From Octopus vulgaris (lineage: Eukaryota): DNA of 64,000 bases. Below are positions 39,040-51,582 of this stretch, piece after piece (within the stretch, counting starts at the first letter, position 1; each line of letters opens with the position of its first letter). The stretch is from positions 27,590,001 through 27,654,000 of the forward strand of contig OX597823.1 in NCBI GenBank assembly GCA_951406725.2, written 5' to 3'. Under the pieces are notes generated by a model. It was not told where the DNA came from. It worked only from the letters and a program-made list of their open reading frames with translations, and searched no databases. The translations under genes were made by a program, and so were the position numbers.

Positions 39040-40650
39040 TCAAGGCAGCGAGCTGGCAGAAACGTTAGCACACCAGGCAAAATGCTTAGCGGTATTTCAT
39101 CTGTTTTAACATTGTAGGTTCAAATTCCACCGAGGTCGACTTTGCCTTTCATCCTTTTGGGGTCGATAAATTAAGTACAGTTGCATACTGGGGTTGATCT
39201 AATCAACTGGTTCCATCCCACAAACATTTTGGGCCTTGTGCCTGGAGTAGAAAAAGGATGTTATATGCTGTTGTTTGTTTGAGGGTGGCAAGCTGGCAGA
39301 ATTATTAGCACACCGGGCGAAATGCTTAGCAGTATTTCATCTGCTTTTACATTGTGGGTTCAAATTCCACTGAGGTCGACTTTGCCTTTCATCCTTTTGG
39401 GGGTCAATAAATTAAGTACCAGTTGCATACTGGAGTCGATATAATCGACAGGCCTGCTTCCCAAAAATTTTGGGCCTTGTGCCTAGAGTGGAAAAGAATA
39501 TTACTCACTTCAAAGATGGTGAGCTGGCAGAATAATTAGCAAGCAGGGCAAAACGCTTAGTGTCATTTCATCTGTCTTCATGTTGTGAGTTCAAATTCCA
39601 CCGAGGTCAATATTGCATTTTCTCTCTTTAGGGATTGATAAAATAATTATCAGTTGATATTGGGTGTTGATGTAATCAACTTAGCCCTGCTCCTGAAATT
39701 GCAGGTCTTGTGACAAAATTTGAAATCAATATTGTATCCACTTTGAAATTTCAAAACAATCCGACTTCTCATTTTTAAAACAACAAAGGATGTTTTATTA
39801 ATTAAGGGCATCCAACTGTAGAAACTATGCTAAAATAGACATGGAGCCTAAACAGCCCTTTAGCTGGCTAGCTCCTGTCAAACCGTCAAACCCATGCCAC
39901 CACAGAAAATGGACATTAAATGATGACGATGATGAACTCTCTATAAATGTAGCAATAACCTTTCTCTCTTTCTCCCTCCCTCTCCCGCCACATACAAGCA
40001 AGAATAATAATGGTTTCAAATTGTGGCACAAGGCCAGCAATTTTCAGGGAGAGGCATTAGTCAGTTACATTAACTCCAGAACTTGACTGGTACTTATTGA
40101 CACTGAAAGGATGAATGGCAAAGTTGACCTTGGCAGCACCTGAACTCAAAACTAAAAGACAAACAAAATGCCGCGAACAATTCTGCCAGCTAATTGCCAT
40201 TCTTTCAAGAACAATGATCCTTTTTAAGGATGCAAGCTGTCAGAAACGTTAGTACGTCAAACGAAATGCTTAGTGGTATTTTGTCTGTTTTTACATTCTG
40301 AGTTCAAATTCTGCCGAGGTCAACTTCACCTTTTATCCTTCTGGGGTCGAAAAATTAAGTACCAGTTGCAAACTGGATCGATCTAATCGACTGGCCCCTT
40401 CCCCAAAAATTTTGGGCCTTGTGCCTAGAGTAGAAAAGAATAATTCTTTCTACAATAGGCATAAGGCCTGAAATTTGGGGGAAGCGATTAAGTCGTACAT
40501 CAACTCCAGTGTGTAACTGGTACTTATTTAATCGAACCTGAAATGATGAAAGGGCAAAGTGGACCTTGGCGGAATTTGAACTCAGAACGTAAAGACGGAT
40601 GAAATGCCACTAAGTATTTTGCCTGGCACACTAACGATTCTGCCAGCTCG
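39040..40650. mobile_element. Cluster of SINE B copies in both orientations
   Basis: Plus copies at ~39043, 39283, 39515 and 40228. Minus copies at ~40010-40200 and 40445-40650. Confidence 0.8.
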
Positions 40651-40761
40651 CGAATAATAACACCATTAGATATATTGAGAGGTACTGATCAACAACAGAG
40701 TAGAGAGCTAGGTAGAGGTAAAGAATTCAAAAACCACCTGTTTTTGGCATAACCCTAACCT

Positions 40762-41326
40762 GGCGAAAGTAAAGACAATGAACTGCACCCCCTTTGGGAT
40801 GAGTTTTTTTTGTTTTTTTTACAGGAACCCACAATATCGAGTGCAGAGATTCCAAATCTGCAAAAAAATCTGCATTTCAAAATTTTTTCTTTGGTAATTT
40901 GTATTAAAATTTTGAAAACGCGTTTCTAGAATGTCAGGTTTTCTGTTTATATACTTTTTGCATCTGCTATTCTATAATACTAAGCATGCGTGAACATTAG
41001 AAGAGAAAACTCTTTAATTTAACTTCTTGTCATAGGGCGGGAGATGGGTTTTTTTTTTTTTTTTTTTGAAAAATTGAAATTTTACAGAATGTCTTTTTTT
41101 TCTTTTTCAGAATCATAATCTCCGTATTTTTCTGTCTATTTCACACAAAAAAAAAAAAAAAAAAAAATTAAAGTGAAAATTTAAGAAATTTAGGGGACGG
41201 AATTAAAATTTTGAAGTGCAGATTTTTTTGGCCGATTCGGAATCCCCGCATTGGACATAGTGGGATCCTGTAAAAAAGAAAAAAAAATCCCAAAGTGGAT
41301 GCGATCCATTGAACTTTACCTCGGCC
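40762..41326. mobile_element. MITE with about 130 bp diverged TIRs
   Basis: ggcgaaagtaaag...aaaaaatctgcatttcaaaatttt pairs with aaaattttgaagtgcagattttt...ctttacctcggcc. Confidence 0.6.
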
Positions 41327-42338
41327 AAAATACGTACACAACCCGTTTTCGGCGTAACAAAAACCCTAACCCTATCCTAAAACCATAACCCTAAACCTAA
41401 ACATCGGGTGCACATCGTCTCCTAACTCTAACCCTAAATACCGGGTGTGCGTATTCTTTACCTTCGCCGAGAGACCTGTTTAAGGTTCTACACTTTAGTC
41501 TTCATAGTACTAACGATGTTCTCAGACAAGCTGACGTGTTAATGTACACAGCAGTGCAGTGAATGATTTAAGGTTTATTAACTCTTCAATATTCATATTG
41601 TCTCAACTGCCGCTCGCTCGACACGTTGACGCATTTATGTAAATATATGGAAGTTAAGGGTGTAGGCGAGGGAAATAACTCTTGTCTGCCTAACTTGGAA
41701 AGGATGAATTACAGTATCAATGCTGCTGTGATTATGTCATCTCACTGACTACTGCTTTGATTATGTCATCTCACTGGCTACAACATTGAACGTCTATTAA
41801 TCCTTGCAATTAAGATCTGATGTTATTGTTATTAACAGAGCGGCAGCGGCGGTGGTGGTGGTGGAGATGAACATGTTACTGTAGTGGTGTTGTAATTAGG
41901 ATGATGTAGGTGATATTTGACAATGTAGAAAGCTTAGTGCGAGAGGAATAAATAGGTGTATTAATGTATTTTGTTTTCACCTCACTTTCTCTCTTCCAAG
42001 GTCACGCGGTAGAGCTTGTGTCGTTGAAAAACTTGCTTCACAACAACGTTTTCAAGTCCAGTCCCGTGCGTGTGTGTGTGTGTGTGTGTGCGTGTGCGCG
42101 TATGTATGTATGAGTATCTGTGCGTGTTTATATACATATGTGGAGCACGTAAAAAAGCATCCACTACACTCTCGGAGTGGTTGGCATTAGGAAGGGCATC
42201 CAGCCGTGGAAACTTTGCCAGATCAGACTGGAGCCTGGAGCAGCCTTTCTGGCTTGCCAGCCCTCAGTCAAACTGTCCATGCTGGCATGGAAAGCGGACG
42301 TTAAACGACGATGATAATGCATAAGTGTGTGTATGTGT

Positions 42339-42391
<53 letters not shown>

Positions 42392-42856
42392 CGTAGGAGT
42401 GGCTGTGTGGTAAGTAGCTTTCTTACCAACCACATGATTCCAGGTTTAGTCCCACAGCGTAGCACCTTGGGCAAGAGTCTTCTACTATAGCCTTGGGTCA
42501 ACCAAAGCTTTAAGTGAATTTGGTAGGCGGAAACTGAAAGAAGCCCGTCGTATATATGTATATATATGTGTGTGTGTTTGTGTGTCTTTGTTTGTCCCCC
42601 ACCCCCAACATCGCTTGACAACCGATGCTGGTGTGTTTACGTCCCTGTAACTTAGCGATTTGATGAACCAGGGAGAAGCACTGCAAAACAAAAATGTACC
42701 ACGTAGCAGTATGAACTCACTTGACAACACTGGTTGGCAGACTGATGCCTGAAGGTCACATCAAGTGGCTTTTAGTAGGAGAAGCCTGAACTGCAATAAG
42801 TTTGTCCCATAGAGAATGTTTCCAGATACTTTTGGGTACCCCCTCATATCTATATC

Positions 42857-42889
<33 letters not shown>

Positions 42890-43030
42890 TAGTGAATAAA
42901 CTGTCGTCTAAATTATGCAAAAATAAAAATAACACTGACATTTATTTACATTATATAATATAATTCTACTATATTATATAATATAGATATAATATTATAT
43001 AATATAACAAATAATCAAAACAAATATAAG

Positions 43031-43110
43031 TCCAACAATTTGTTTCGACTCATAGCCACTCATGAATTTATAAAAATTCACATTTATGCATATGAGTCTC
43101 CTCAGGGAAA
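43031..43110 (-). ncRNA. Type I hammerhead ribozyme motif with extended stem II
   Basis: TCC-CTGAGGA-GACTCATA...TATGAGTC-GAAAC aaatt GTT-GGA. Stem II has 8 bp plus an inner hairpin, and stem III is near-palindromic. Confidence 0.7.
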
Positions 43111-43309
43111 TATTTATTAAAAAAAAAAAATTCCATGTAAGGACTGCTAAATCATAAAATAGACTGATTTAGAACATGCCTATGTTTCCAAGCATCAAAT
43201 ACCTATGTTTATGCTTGTAAACATAGGTATATTTTAAATCAGTCAATCTTATGGTTTAGCAGTCCTTATATAGAATTTTGACTGTTTTTTGAACAAATAT
43301 TACCCTGTG

Positions 43310-43570
43310 TCTGTCTCTGTGTGAATCCCTAAAACTTGAGAACTACACAACCAATTTCATTCAAATTTTACACATTTTACTTAGGGTCCAGGCAAGAAGT
43401 TAAAAATTTACTAGGCAAGAAGTTAATAATTTTTTGGGCCTATGACATTACATGGACCCTAAGTAAGGCATGTGTAAAATTTGAATGAAATTGGTTGTGT
43501 AGTTCTCAAGTTTTAGGGATTCACACAGACACAGATAGACACAGAGACAGACACACATTCTCATCCTTAT
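43310..43570. mobile_element. Fold-back non-autonomous element (Helitron/Helentron-like)
   Basis: tgtgtgaatccctaaaacttgagaactacacaaccaatttc... and its reverse complement at ~43453-43530. Confidence 0.5.
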
Positions 43571-43587
43571 ATATATATAGAGAGAGA

Positions 43588-43748
43588 TACTTTATTTAAA
43601 GCAGCAGAAAATTCAACAAAACCTGTTTCTCTGAGTAACAGGTTTTGTTGAATTTTCTGCTGCTTTAAATAAAGCATATTACTCTACCACTGGTATTTGA
43701 GTACTCTTTTTTCCACCTTGTTTCACATTTATGTATTTACTCCGGTAT
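43588..43748 (+). mobile_element. Internally deleted copy of HHR family 2
   Basis: Hairpin ...aaagcagcagaaaattcaacaaaacctgtt/aacaggttttgttgaattttctgctgcttt. It retains only ctctgaGTAacagg of the ribozyme, plus a tail homologous to 18652-18720. Confidence 0.7.
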
Positions 43749-45317
43749 ATATATAGATATATAGTTCAGATTTACAGTAAACAAAAGATGAAGACAGGTG
43801 AATGAAAATCAAGGTGTATTAGTTTGACACTATATATATATATATATAGGTTTCAAATATGGTAGAAGGCCAGTAATTTTGGGAGAGGGTTAAGTCAATT
43901 ACATTGACTTTTGGGAGAGGGTTAAGTCAATTACATTGACATTCTTTCAGGGTCTATAAAATAACTACTAGTTAAGCATTGGGCTCAACTAGTAGTTATT
44001 TTATAGACCCTGAAAGAATGAAAGGCAAAGTTGATGTCACAGGAGTTTGAACTCAGAGTATAAAAACAGGCAAAATGCTATTTACTATTTTCCCAGTGTG
44101 TAAATAATTCAGCTAGCTTGCTGCCTTATGAGTCCTTTTGTCTTTAATTCTTTCTTTATACTTGTATATTATATCATCCTTAAGCTTAATGTCAGTAGCC
44201 ACCCACTAGTTTATGAAAAATATACAAAAATCCTTACATAGAACTGTGCATTTCACAGTTCCAGCGACACAGTGTTTGGCTGTTGTGTGCATACTCACAT
44301 GTCTGAGATAGGAAACTTCATACAAAGGAGAGAGCACTGTGTGAACGACAGTGCCGAGTGAAAGGTAGTGTTTCTTTTACCCTCTGCATGTGTTGTGCTT
44401 AAAAACATGCTTATATTCTTGAATGTAATAAAATGTAGAATTAGATTATTATCCTGCTTCCAGCTTCAGTGTTACTGCCAGGATTTGGAAAATAGGGCAC
44501 ATTACCTCACCTTATTTTGTGATTTAGGGGAGATTTTTGAAAAACAAGAGAGAATTTGCAGCAGTGTTCAGTGAACAAATTAACCCTTTAGCATTTGAAC
44601 CGGCCAAAAGTATTCAGTCTGTTTTATGTTCAAACTGACCAGATCTGGTCTCTCACACCAACCCTACAATATCGTTTTAAAAATTAACTGCTACCTCATC
44701 AAAATCTCACAGCTACAAGATAATGCATGATTAGTTCAAAACAGTATGGAGGAAAAAGCATTAATTTTAGCAGAATAATGTGAACACTAAAGGTTTAAAC
44801 ACACTACCTGGCAGTGGCTAAAACAAGAACTGATAAAGTTTATGCTTAAATTTTCTTTTTATATGTTTGTTTCCTTTTACACAATATTAAAACAGCTAAA
44901 AGTTTTCTGAAGTAGCACCCACCACTAATTTTATGTATACCTCACAGTATGAGTGCCCCATTGTACAAGTAATTTGCTGTACGAGCCGAGACGTGTGTGA
45001 ATTTTTGTCTAGAAGTACAGGTGGAAATCCACAGTACAAGCACATAAATCATCCCATCTTTAAATTAATTCAGTTAATAAAACCAGTTTACATATTTCTT
45101 TTGCATTCGCTTTTTTATAATTGTCATTTTACTTGTAACTACAGCTTTTCTGTTTAAAAAACCCATAAAACATTATTTTTGAATGGTTTGGGGGTGCTGG
45201 AACAGATTAATTATATTTTAGTTAATTTCAATGGGGTAAATTGATTTGTGAAATGAGTAAATCATAAGATGAGTTCAGTCATAGAATGAATTAAACTTGT
45301 ACTGTGAAGTATCACAC

Positions 45318-45361
<44 letters not shown>

Positions 45362-45364
45362 TAT

Positions 45365-45859
45365 ATATATATAAAACTCAACTTGTGTGTCTGTGTGTGT
45401 ATCTGTGTGTTTAACTTCCTGGCACATCTCCTCCTAGCCAACAAATCGTAGAACCACCAAAAATGGGTCACTTAAAGTTTAGGCGAATGAAAATTGAACT
45501 GCGCTATTTCTGTTCTGAAATTCATCTCGCAAGTGCAAAAATCGATAATGTGTTTGTTTAGGCCTTATCCCATGCATTGAATAGTGAACTTTACTCAGTC
45601 AGCTGTTTGACGTGAACTGTGTTCATCACGCGTGCAAGCATGCGTAAAATGCATGAAAAATAAAAAATCAAGATATAAAAACGAATCGCCATAAACATTG
45701 TAGAAATTCGGCAAAGAAATGAATTTTCGGGTTGTAGCCTGGAGGGTTTTTTTCGTATTAATCGTTTGGACTTTGTGAACACATACCAATTGTTTTCATA
45801 ACATTTTTAACGTTTTGAATTAAATGTGACCACTTTGCAAAGCCGGGCAATATTGCTAG
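45365..45859 (+). mobile_element. Non-autonomous Helitron
   Basis: A TA-rich 5' end with (tgtc)/(tg) runs, and a 3' end gccgggcaatattgCTAG. Confidence 0.55.
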
Positions 45860-47039
45860 AATATATATATATCACCTTCATCATTTAGCATCCACTTTCC
45901 ATGCTAGCATAGGCTGGATAATTTGACAAGAGCTGATAAGCTAGAGGGCTATGTCAAGCTTTATTGTCTGTTTTGGCACGGTTCCCACAGCTGGATGCCC
46001 TTCCTAATGCCAATCATTTTACAAAATGTACTGGGTGTTTTTTCATGGAACCAGCACTGGCAGGGTCACAAGTATCTTGCAAGACAAGACAAAGTTCCTT
46101 CAACTGGGAGGTGTGTAATAGTGAGGGATGTGGCTTCCTGCCAGTTGGTGAGACAGTAAAAGAATAACAGAGGTATAGAGAGTCTTGGTGTAGAAGAAAT
46201 ATAATGGTATTGCAGTTGGAGAAGAAGGGAGAAGGAAACTTAGAAAGGTAAAGATGGCAGGAATAGGAAAGATTGTGGTAGATATGTCAGGACATACCCA
46301 CAGGGCACAGTGGAGTGGGGCGACAGACACAGTGGGGGGAAATCTTAATTATTATTATTGATGATGATGGCCTTCACCAACTGTATGTAAGGAAAATGTG
46401 CACAGGAACAAGTGAAGGGAAGGAAGGACAGAGTAAATTTGACCTCAGCATGACTTCAACTCAGAGCACAGACAGGAGGAATAAAAGAATGAAAATTTCA
46501 AATTAGATGGGAAGAGTTTAGTCAATTACATCAACTCAAGTACTTGACTGGTACCATATTTTATTGACCCTGGAGGAATGAAAGCAAATCTGGCATCGAC
46601 AGGATTTGAATACAGAACATAAAGAGCTTGAACAAATACTGCAAAGTATCTTGTTCAATGCCCTTGCAATTCTGCCAATCACTAACACTCTTATCAATCC
46701 ATGATCTGATACAATGCAAAATACTGCTACTGTCAATATGCCACCTCTAGTCTTAGATATAGTATGTGTGTAGATGGAATGGCCATGGCTGGAATGTCTT
46801 TGATCATAGGAATGCCTTGTTCAAGACTGAAACAGCTAAATTTTCCTGTTGCAATAAAAAAAATAACTTGCTATTCAAGACTGCTACTTAATATACCCAG
46901 CATTAACAAAAGGATGAGGCCTCAGATTCAAGTGGAGGGTTATAATAGATAATACCAACCCTAGTACTAGAAGGGCATTATTTATCTAGCCCAGATTAAT
47001 GCAAAGCAAAGGTTTTGAACTCAATAACTAAATACTCTC

Positions 47040-47457
47040 TTTACTCTTTTACTTTTTTACTTGTTTCAGTCATTTGACTGCGGCCATGCTGGAGTACCGC
47101 CTTTAATCGAGCAACTCGACCCCGAGACTTATTCTTTTGTAAGCCTAGTACTTATTCTATCGGTCTCTTTTGCCGAACCGCTAAGTAACGGGGATATAAA
47201 CACACCAGCATCGGTTGTCAAGCAATGCTAGGGGGACAAACACAGACACACAAACACACACACGCATATATATATATATATATACATATATACGACGGGC
47301 TTCTTTCAGTTTCCGTCTACCAAATCCACTCACAAGGCTTTGGTTGACCTGAGGCTATAGTAGAATACACTTGCCCAAGTTGCCACACGGTGGGACTGAA
47401 CCCGGAACCATGTGGTTGGTAAACAAAGCTACTTACCACACAGCCACTCCTGCGCCT
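47040..47457 (-). mobile_element. Full-length SINE A
   Basis: Complete head-to-tail reverse copy with intact CpGs. Confidence 0.85.
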
Positions 47458-48027
47458 AAATACAGCATATTTTATCAAATGCGGTGAGCTAGCAGAAACG
47501 TTAACATGCCGGGTGAAATGCTTAGCAGTATTTCATCTGTCTTTACATTCCAGGTTCAAATTCTGCCGAGGTCGACTTTGCCTTAGATCCTTTTCAAGGT
47601 CAATAAATTAAGTACCAGTTGTGTACTGGGGGTCGATCTAATCGACTGCCCCTCCAACCTCCCCAAAAATTTCGGGTCTTGTGCCTAGAGTAGAAAAGCA
47701 TATTTCATCAAATGCTCAACTCATTCTGCTGCATCAACACCAGAAGGAAGAAAGTCAATAGGATTTGAACTCGAAATGTAAAGTGAATAATTTCTTAAAC
47801 AGATACAAGGACCCAAATTTGTAGGACATGGTAGATGGGTGAATGGGGGGGAGTCACAATGGTCTATCATAGTGACCCCCAGTTCTTGATTGGTTCTTAT
47901 TTTATGTAGTCCACATGGAGTCGCTCAAGTTGACAGAATCTTAACTCAAATATGAAGAGATATAACTAAATATCATCAATGAAAATATTTTAAAGCAATA
48001 CAATGCCACAAATTTAAAGACTACCAC

Positions 48028-48672
48028 TAGGGGTATAGGTGATGGTACAGACTGGGGGTATAGGTGATGATACAGACTGGGGGTATAGGAGATGATATAG
48101 ACTGGGGGTATAGGTGATGATATAGTCTTGGGGTATAGATGATATAGACTGGGGGTGTAGGTGATGATATACACTGGGAGTAAGGGTGATGATATAGACT
48201 GGGGGTAAGGGTGATGATATAGACTGGGTGTAAGGGTGATGATATAGACTAGGGGTAAGGGTGATAATATAAACTGGGGGTATAGGAGATGATATAGACT
48301 GGGGGTATAGGAGTTGATATAGACTGGGGGTATAGGAGATGATATAGACTGGGGGTATAGGAGTTGATATAGACTGGGGGTATAGGAGTTGATATAGACT
48401 GGGGGTATAGGTGATGATATCGACTGGGGGTATAGGTGATGATATAGACTGGGGGTAAGGGTGATGATATAGACTGGGGGTATAAGAGATGATATAGACT
48501 GGGGGTATAAGAGATGATATAGACTGGGGGTATAAGAGATGATATAGACAGAGGGTGTAGGTAATGATCTAGACTGGGGGTATAGGTGATGATATCGACT
48601 GGGAGTATAGGTGATGATATAGACTGGGGGTAAGAGTGATGATATAGAGTGGCGGTATAGGTGATGATATAA
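48028..48672. repeat. 24-25 bp G-rich minisatellite (gactgggggtataggtgatgatata)n
   Basis: About 26 copies, estimated from length and unit size. Confidence 0.92.
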
Positions 48673-50533
48673 CCCCCACCCAAGTACTGAACTGGTGTAT
48701 TATTTTAACCTGGAAAATCGGTGCAGCATCAGACACAATTCTTTTGATATTTAGTTTCATCTCTCTAAGTTCTGAGACTAGTGTCATTAGTTACAGCTTT
48801 TTAACTGGTTAGTCGGTCAGTCCTTGGTTCATCATATTTCTGACTAATGACAATGGAACATCAATGATTCAGTAGGCTTGGTTGCAAGACTATCAGATTT
48901 CCACCAATTTGTATTTATACATGACAAGCTACTACAGAGTTTTACAAGGTGCAAGTCAACCTGAATCTATGGGAAAAGATACTTGCCTAAGGCGCTGACG
49001 GTGGGAAATAACTCAGAACCGGGTGATTCTGAAGCAAACTTGATATCAGAATATTTTAGCGGGGCATGAGAACAATTGAATAAATATGGGTGCAGCCATG
49101 CCCCCTATCTATACCCATTAAAAACAATTGTGACCTTCTACATATTTTAGAAACCATCGTTTTTTGATTATATGTATACGGAGATTTAAAGGGGATAATC
49201 TTTGGATGAAAATATGAGCGTATAACTGAGACGAGTGACTTGCTTGTCATCTAGACAGGAGGGAGGGTGGGCAGTGTTTATAGTGTATACACAGAGAGAC
49301 AGACAGACTGACAAAGAGAAAAAGAGAGTGTTAATGGTCATTTAATCGTAGACCGTTCGGTAGCATTTTGTTACTGCAGAGACTCTGGACAGGACAAACT
49401 GAACACTTAATTCACAAACGTTCCAGTAGGACCACCCGGGATTTTCTTCCTTTTTAAAAAAACATTGTATATCTCAGATTATGTAATCTAACGGGTTCGC
49501 TTTTGTTTTAAAAAACGATGCTAAGGGAAATTTGGCAGCTGTTTCAAGCGACCACGTAGAACTTCCCAGAGTTGACTCGTGAAGTTATGAATGTGAGACG
49601 AGCGAAAGATTCCAGTTCATCCAAGTACACTGGCAGACATACAACTGTGTAGAAGGGATATAGTGACAGTTCAAAAGCAGAGTTATAAATTAGAATACAT
49701 TTAAATAGACAGGTAGATTTCTTAAATCATTACGTACAACTTCAGGGTCCCTATTCGTTTAGGTTTGGTATCAAAAACTTACGAATCATTAAACATGATG
49801 AAGAAAGAAAGAAAGAAAGAAAAAGAAAACGATAATTTACTTACTGGAGTAGAACAAGGGAACGTAAAATATTTAGATATCGAATCAAGATGTGGTCGGT
49901 ACACATAAACACATATAAACACATATACATAAATACATATATATATATATAGCAAATCAAAAGAACATCGCTGTTTTCCAAACTCTTTTTACAACTTGCA
50001 GTTTTTTGTTTTCTCTTTCCTTCTTAACATAGAACGCTCGCTCTATTTATTCCTCCGTCCTCTTTTCCTTGTTTCTCTGTTCCATTTCTTTTACTCTCTT
50101 CATATCCAGTTACTGCTTTTGTTTTGTTTTGTTTGGTGTTGTTTAATATTATTTTCACTATCCCTTATGTTTATGCATTAGTGCACCGCTTTCGTTTGAT
50201 AACTTAGATGTTCCGTCTGTTCAACCTCAGTATATATATGTATGTGAGTGGCATATATATATACATATATACATATATATATATACACACACTCACACAC
50301 GCACGCACTAAGGTAGGGAGTGAGGGTGCGATGTGGTGTTACTTATTAGTATTTGTTTATGATGATCGCAATGAAAACAGTGGCAAATGTACTGACGATG
50401 CAGTGGGTGGTTATAAGAATCCTTAAATTCGACAGGTAACAAGAGTAGTACTGTAAATCTCTATTATGCTCCACAGACTGCTGTGTACATCTACTAACTT
50501 CGGTAATACGGGGAATCAGGCATGACTATGAAG

Positions 50534-50564
<31 letters not shown>

Positions 50565-50707
50565 ACATTAAGGCTATTGAGAGTTACTTCCCCTGCTCAT
50601 ATAAACATTACTACTAGCGCCACCACTTTGCTAAACTGACAAAAGTTTTTTTTTTGCAATTACGTTTAGTAATCGAACAGAGAAAATGTGTAGAGGCCAA
50701 CGTCACA

Positions 50708-50800
50708 GCTGGCTTGCTTGATAGGGAGTGGTCTGAGGTAATTACTAACCAAGCTGGCTAGCTTGATAGGGAGTGGTCTGAGGTAATTACTAACCAAGCT
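50708..50800. repeat. 45 bp tandem duplication
   Basis: gctggctwgcttgatagggagtggtctgaggtaattactaaccaa occurs twice. Confidence 0.85.
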
Positions 50801-51089
50801 GTCAGCTTTCTAGGTGTTTTTCTGACTGTGACCAACCGCTATTGCGCTGAGTCCATGATTGCTTGGTACGAAGTTTGTCTCCCAACCATATGGTTTCCGA
50901 TTCAGTCGCAATGCGTGGCACTTTGTGCAAGTGTCTTCTGCTACAGCCCCAAACCGAGCAAAGCCCTATTAATTGACGTCGTAGACAGAAACTGAAAGAA
51001 GTTCGTCGCGCGTGTGTGTGTATGTGCCGTTTGTAGAAAAACATAAATCTAGAGAAGAAGCACACTCTAAGATGTAGAGCAGCTAATAT

Positions 51090-51292
51090 TATAATGAGGG
51101 AAGCCGGTTTATGGGGTTACTCTGGTTTTCCCGTCCATAAGGGGTTTGGTCAGACCCCAAACTTGTTGGCCAAAGACCTCTTCAAAATATTTTGAAAAGT
51201 TCTTAGGCCAACAGGTTTGGGGTCTGACGATACGCCGTAAGACCAAACTCCTTATGAATGGGAATCCCCATAAACCGGCCTCCCTCGTTATA

Positions 51293-51295
<3 letters not shown>
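51090..51295. mobile_element. Palindromic MITE (relatives at 51630-51740 and 51820-52155)
   Basis: gagggaagccggtttatgggg...ccccataaaccggcctccctc, with an inner hairpin cagaccccaaac/gtttggggtctg. Confidence 0.65.
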
Positions 51296-51350
<55 letters not shown>

Positions 51351-51355
<5 letters not shown>

Positions 51356-51547
51356 ATAAAAGGAGCTTCTACAGTACTAGAACTGTTTCATTCAGATGAA
51401 ATCTTCAGGAAGCCAGCTTCCTGAAGATTTCATCTGAATGAAACAGTTCTAGTACTGTAGAAGCTCCTTCTATAAAATAAATTACTTTACTCTGCAATGT
51501 ATTGAGTACCTTATTTACTGTGGTTTACCCCGACTCAACCCGGGACC

Positions 51548-51550
<3 letters not shown>
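51351..51550. mobile_element. Compact paired-HHR element (same family as 8484-10432)
   Basis: Minus HHR at 51364-51413 and plus HHR at 51415-51465, back to back, followed by a tail ending cccgggacctac. It sits in (TA)n. Confidence 0.85.
51415..51465 (+). ncRNA. Type I hammerhead ribozyme motif
   Basis: AGCTTC-CTGAAGA-tTTC atct GAAt-GAA-ACAG ttctagta CTGT-A-GAAGCT. Confidence 0.8.

Positions 51551-51582
<32 letters not shown>

Noticed and set aside
48249-48683. 144 aa Pro/Tyr/Ser-rich ORF
   Set aside because: It is the translation of the 24-25 bp minisatellite.
51220-51250. CTGACGA as a hammerhead core in the palindromic MITE (also 51658 and 52360)
   Set aside because: No downstream GAAA or cleavage triplet in the correct geometry.
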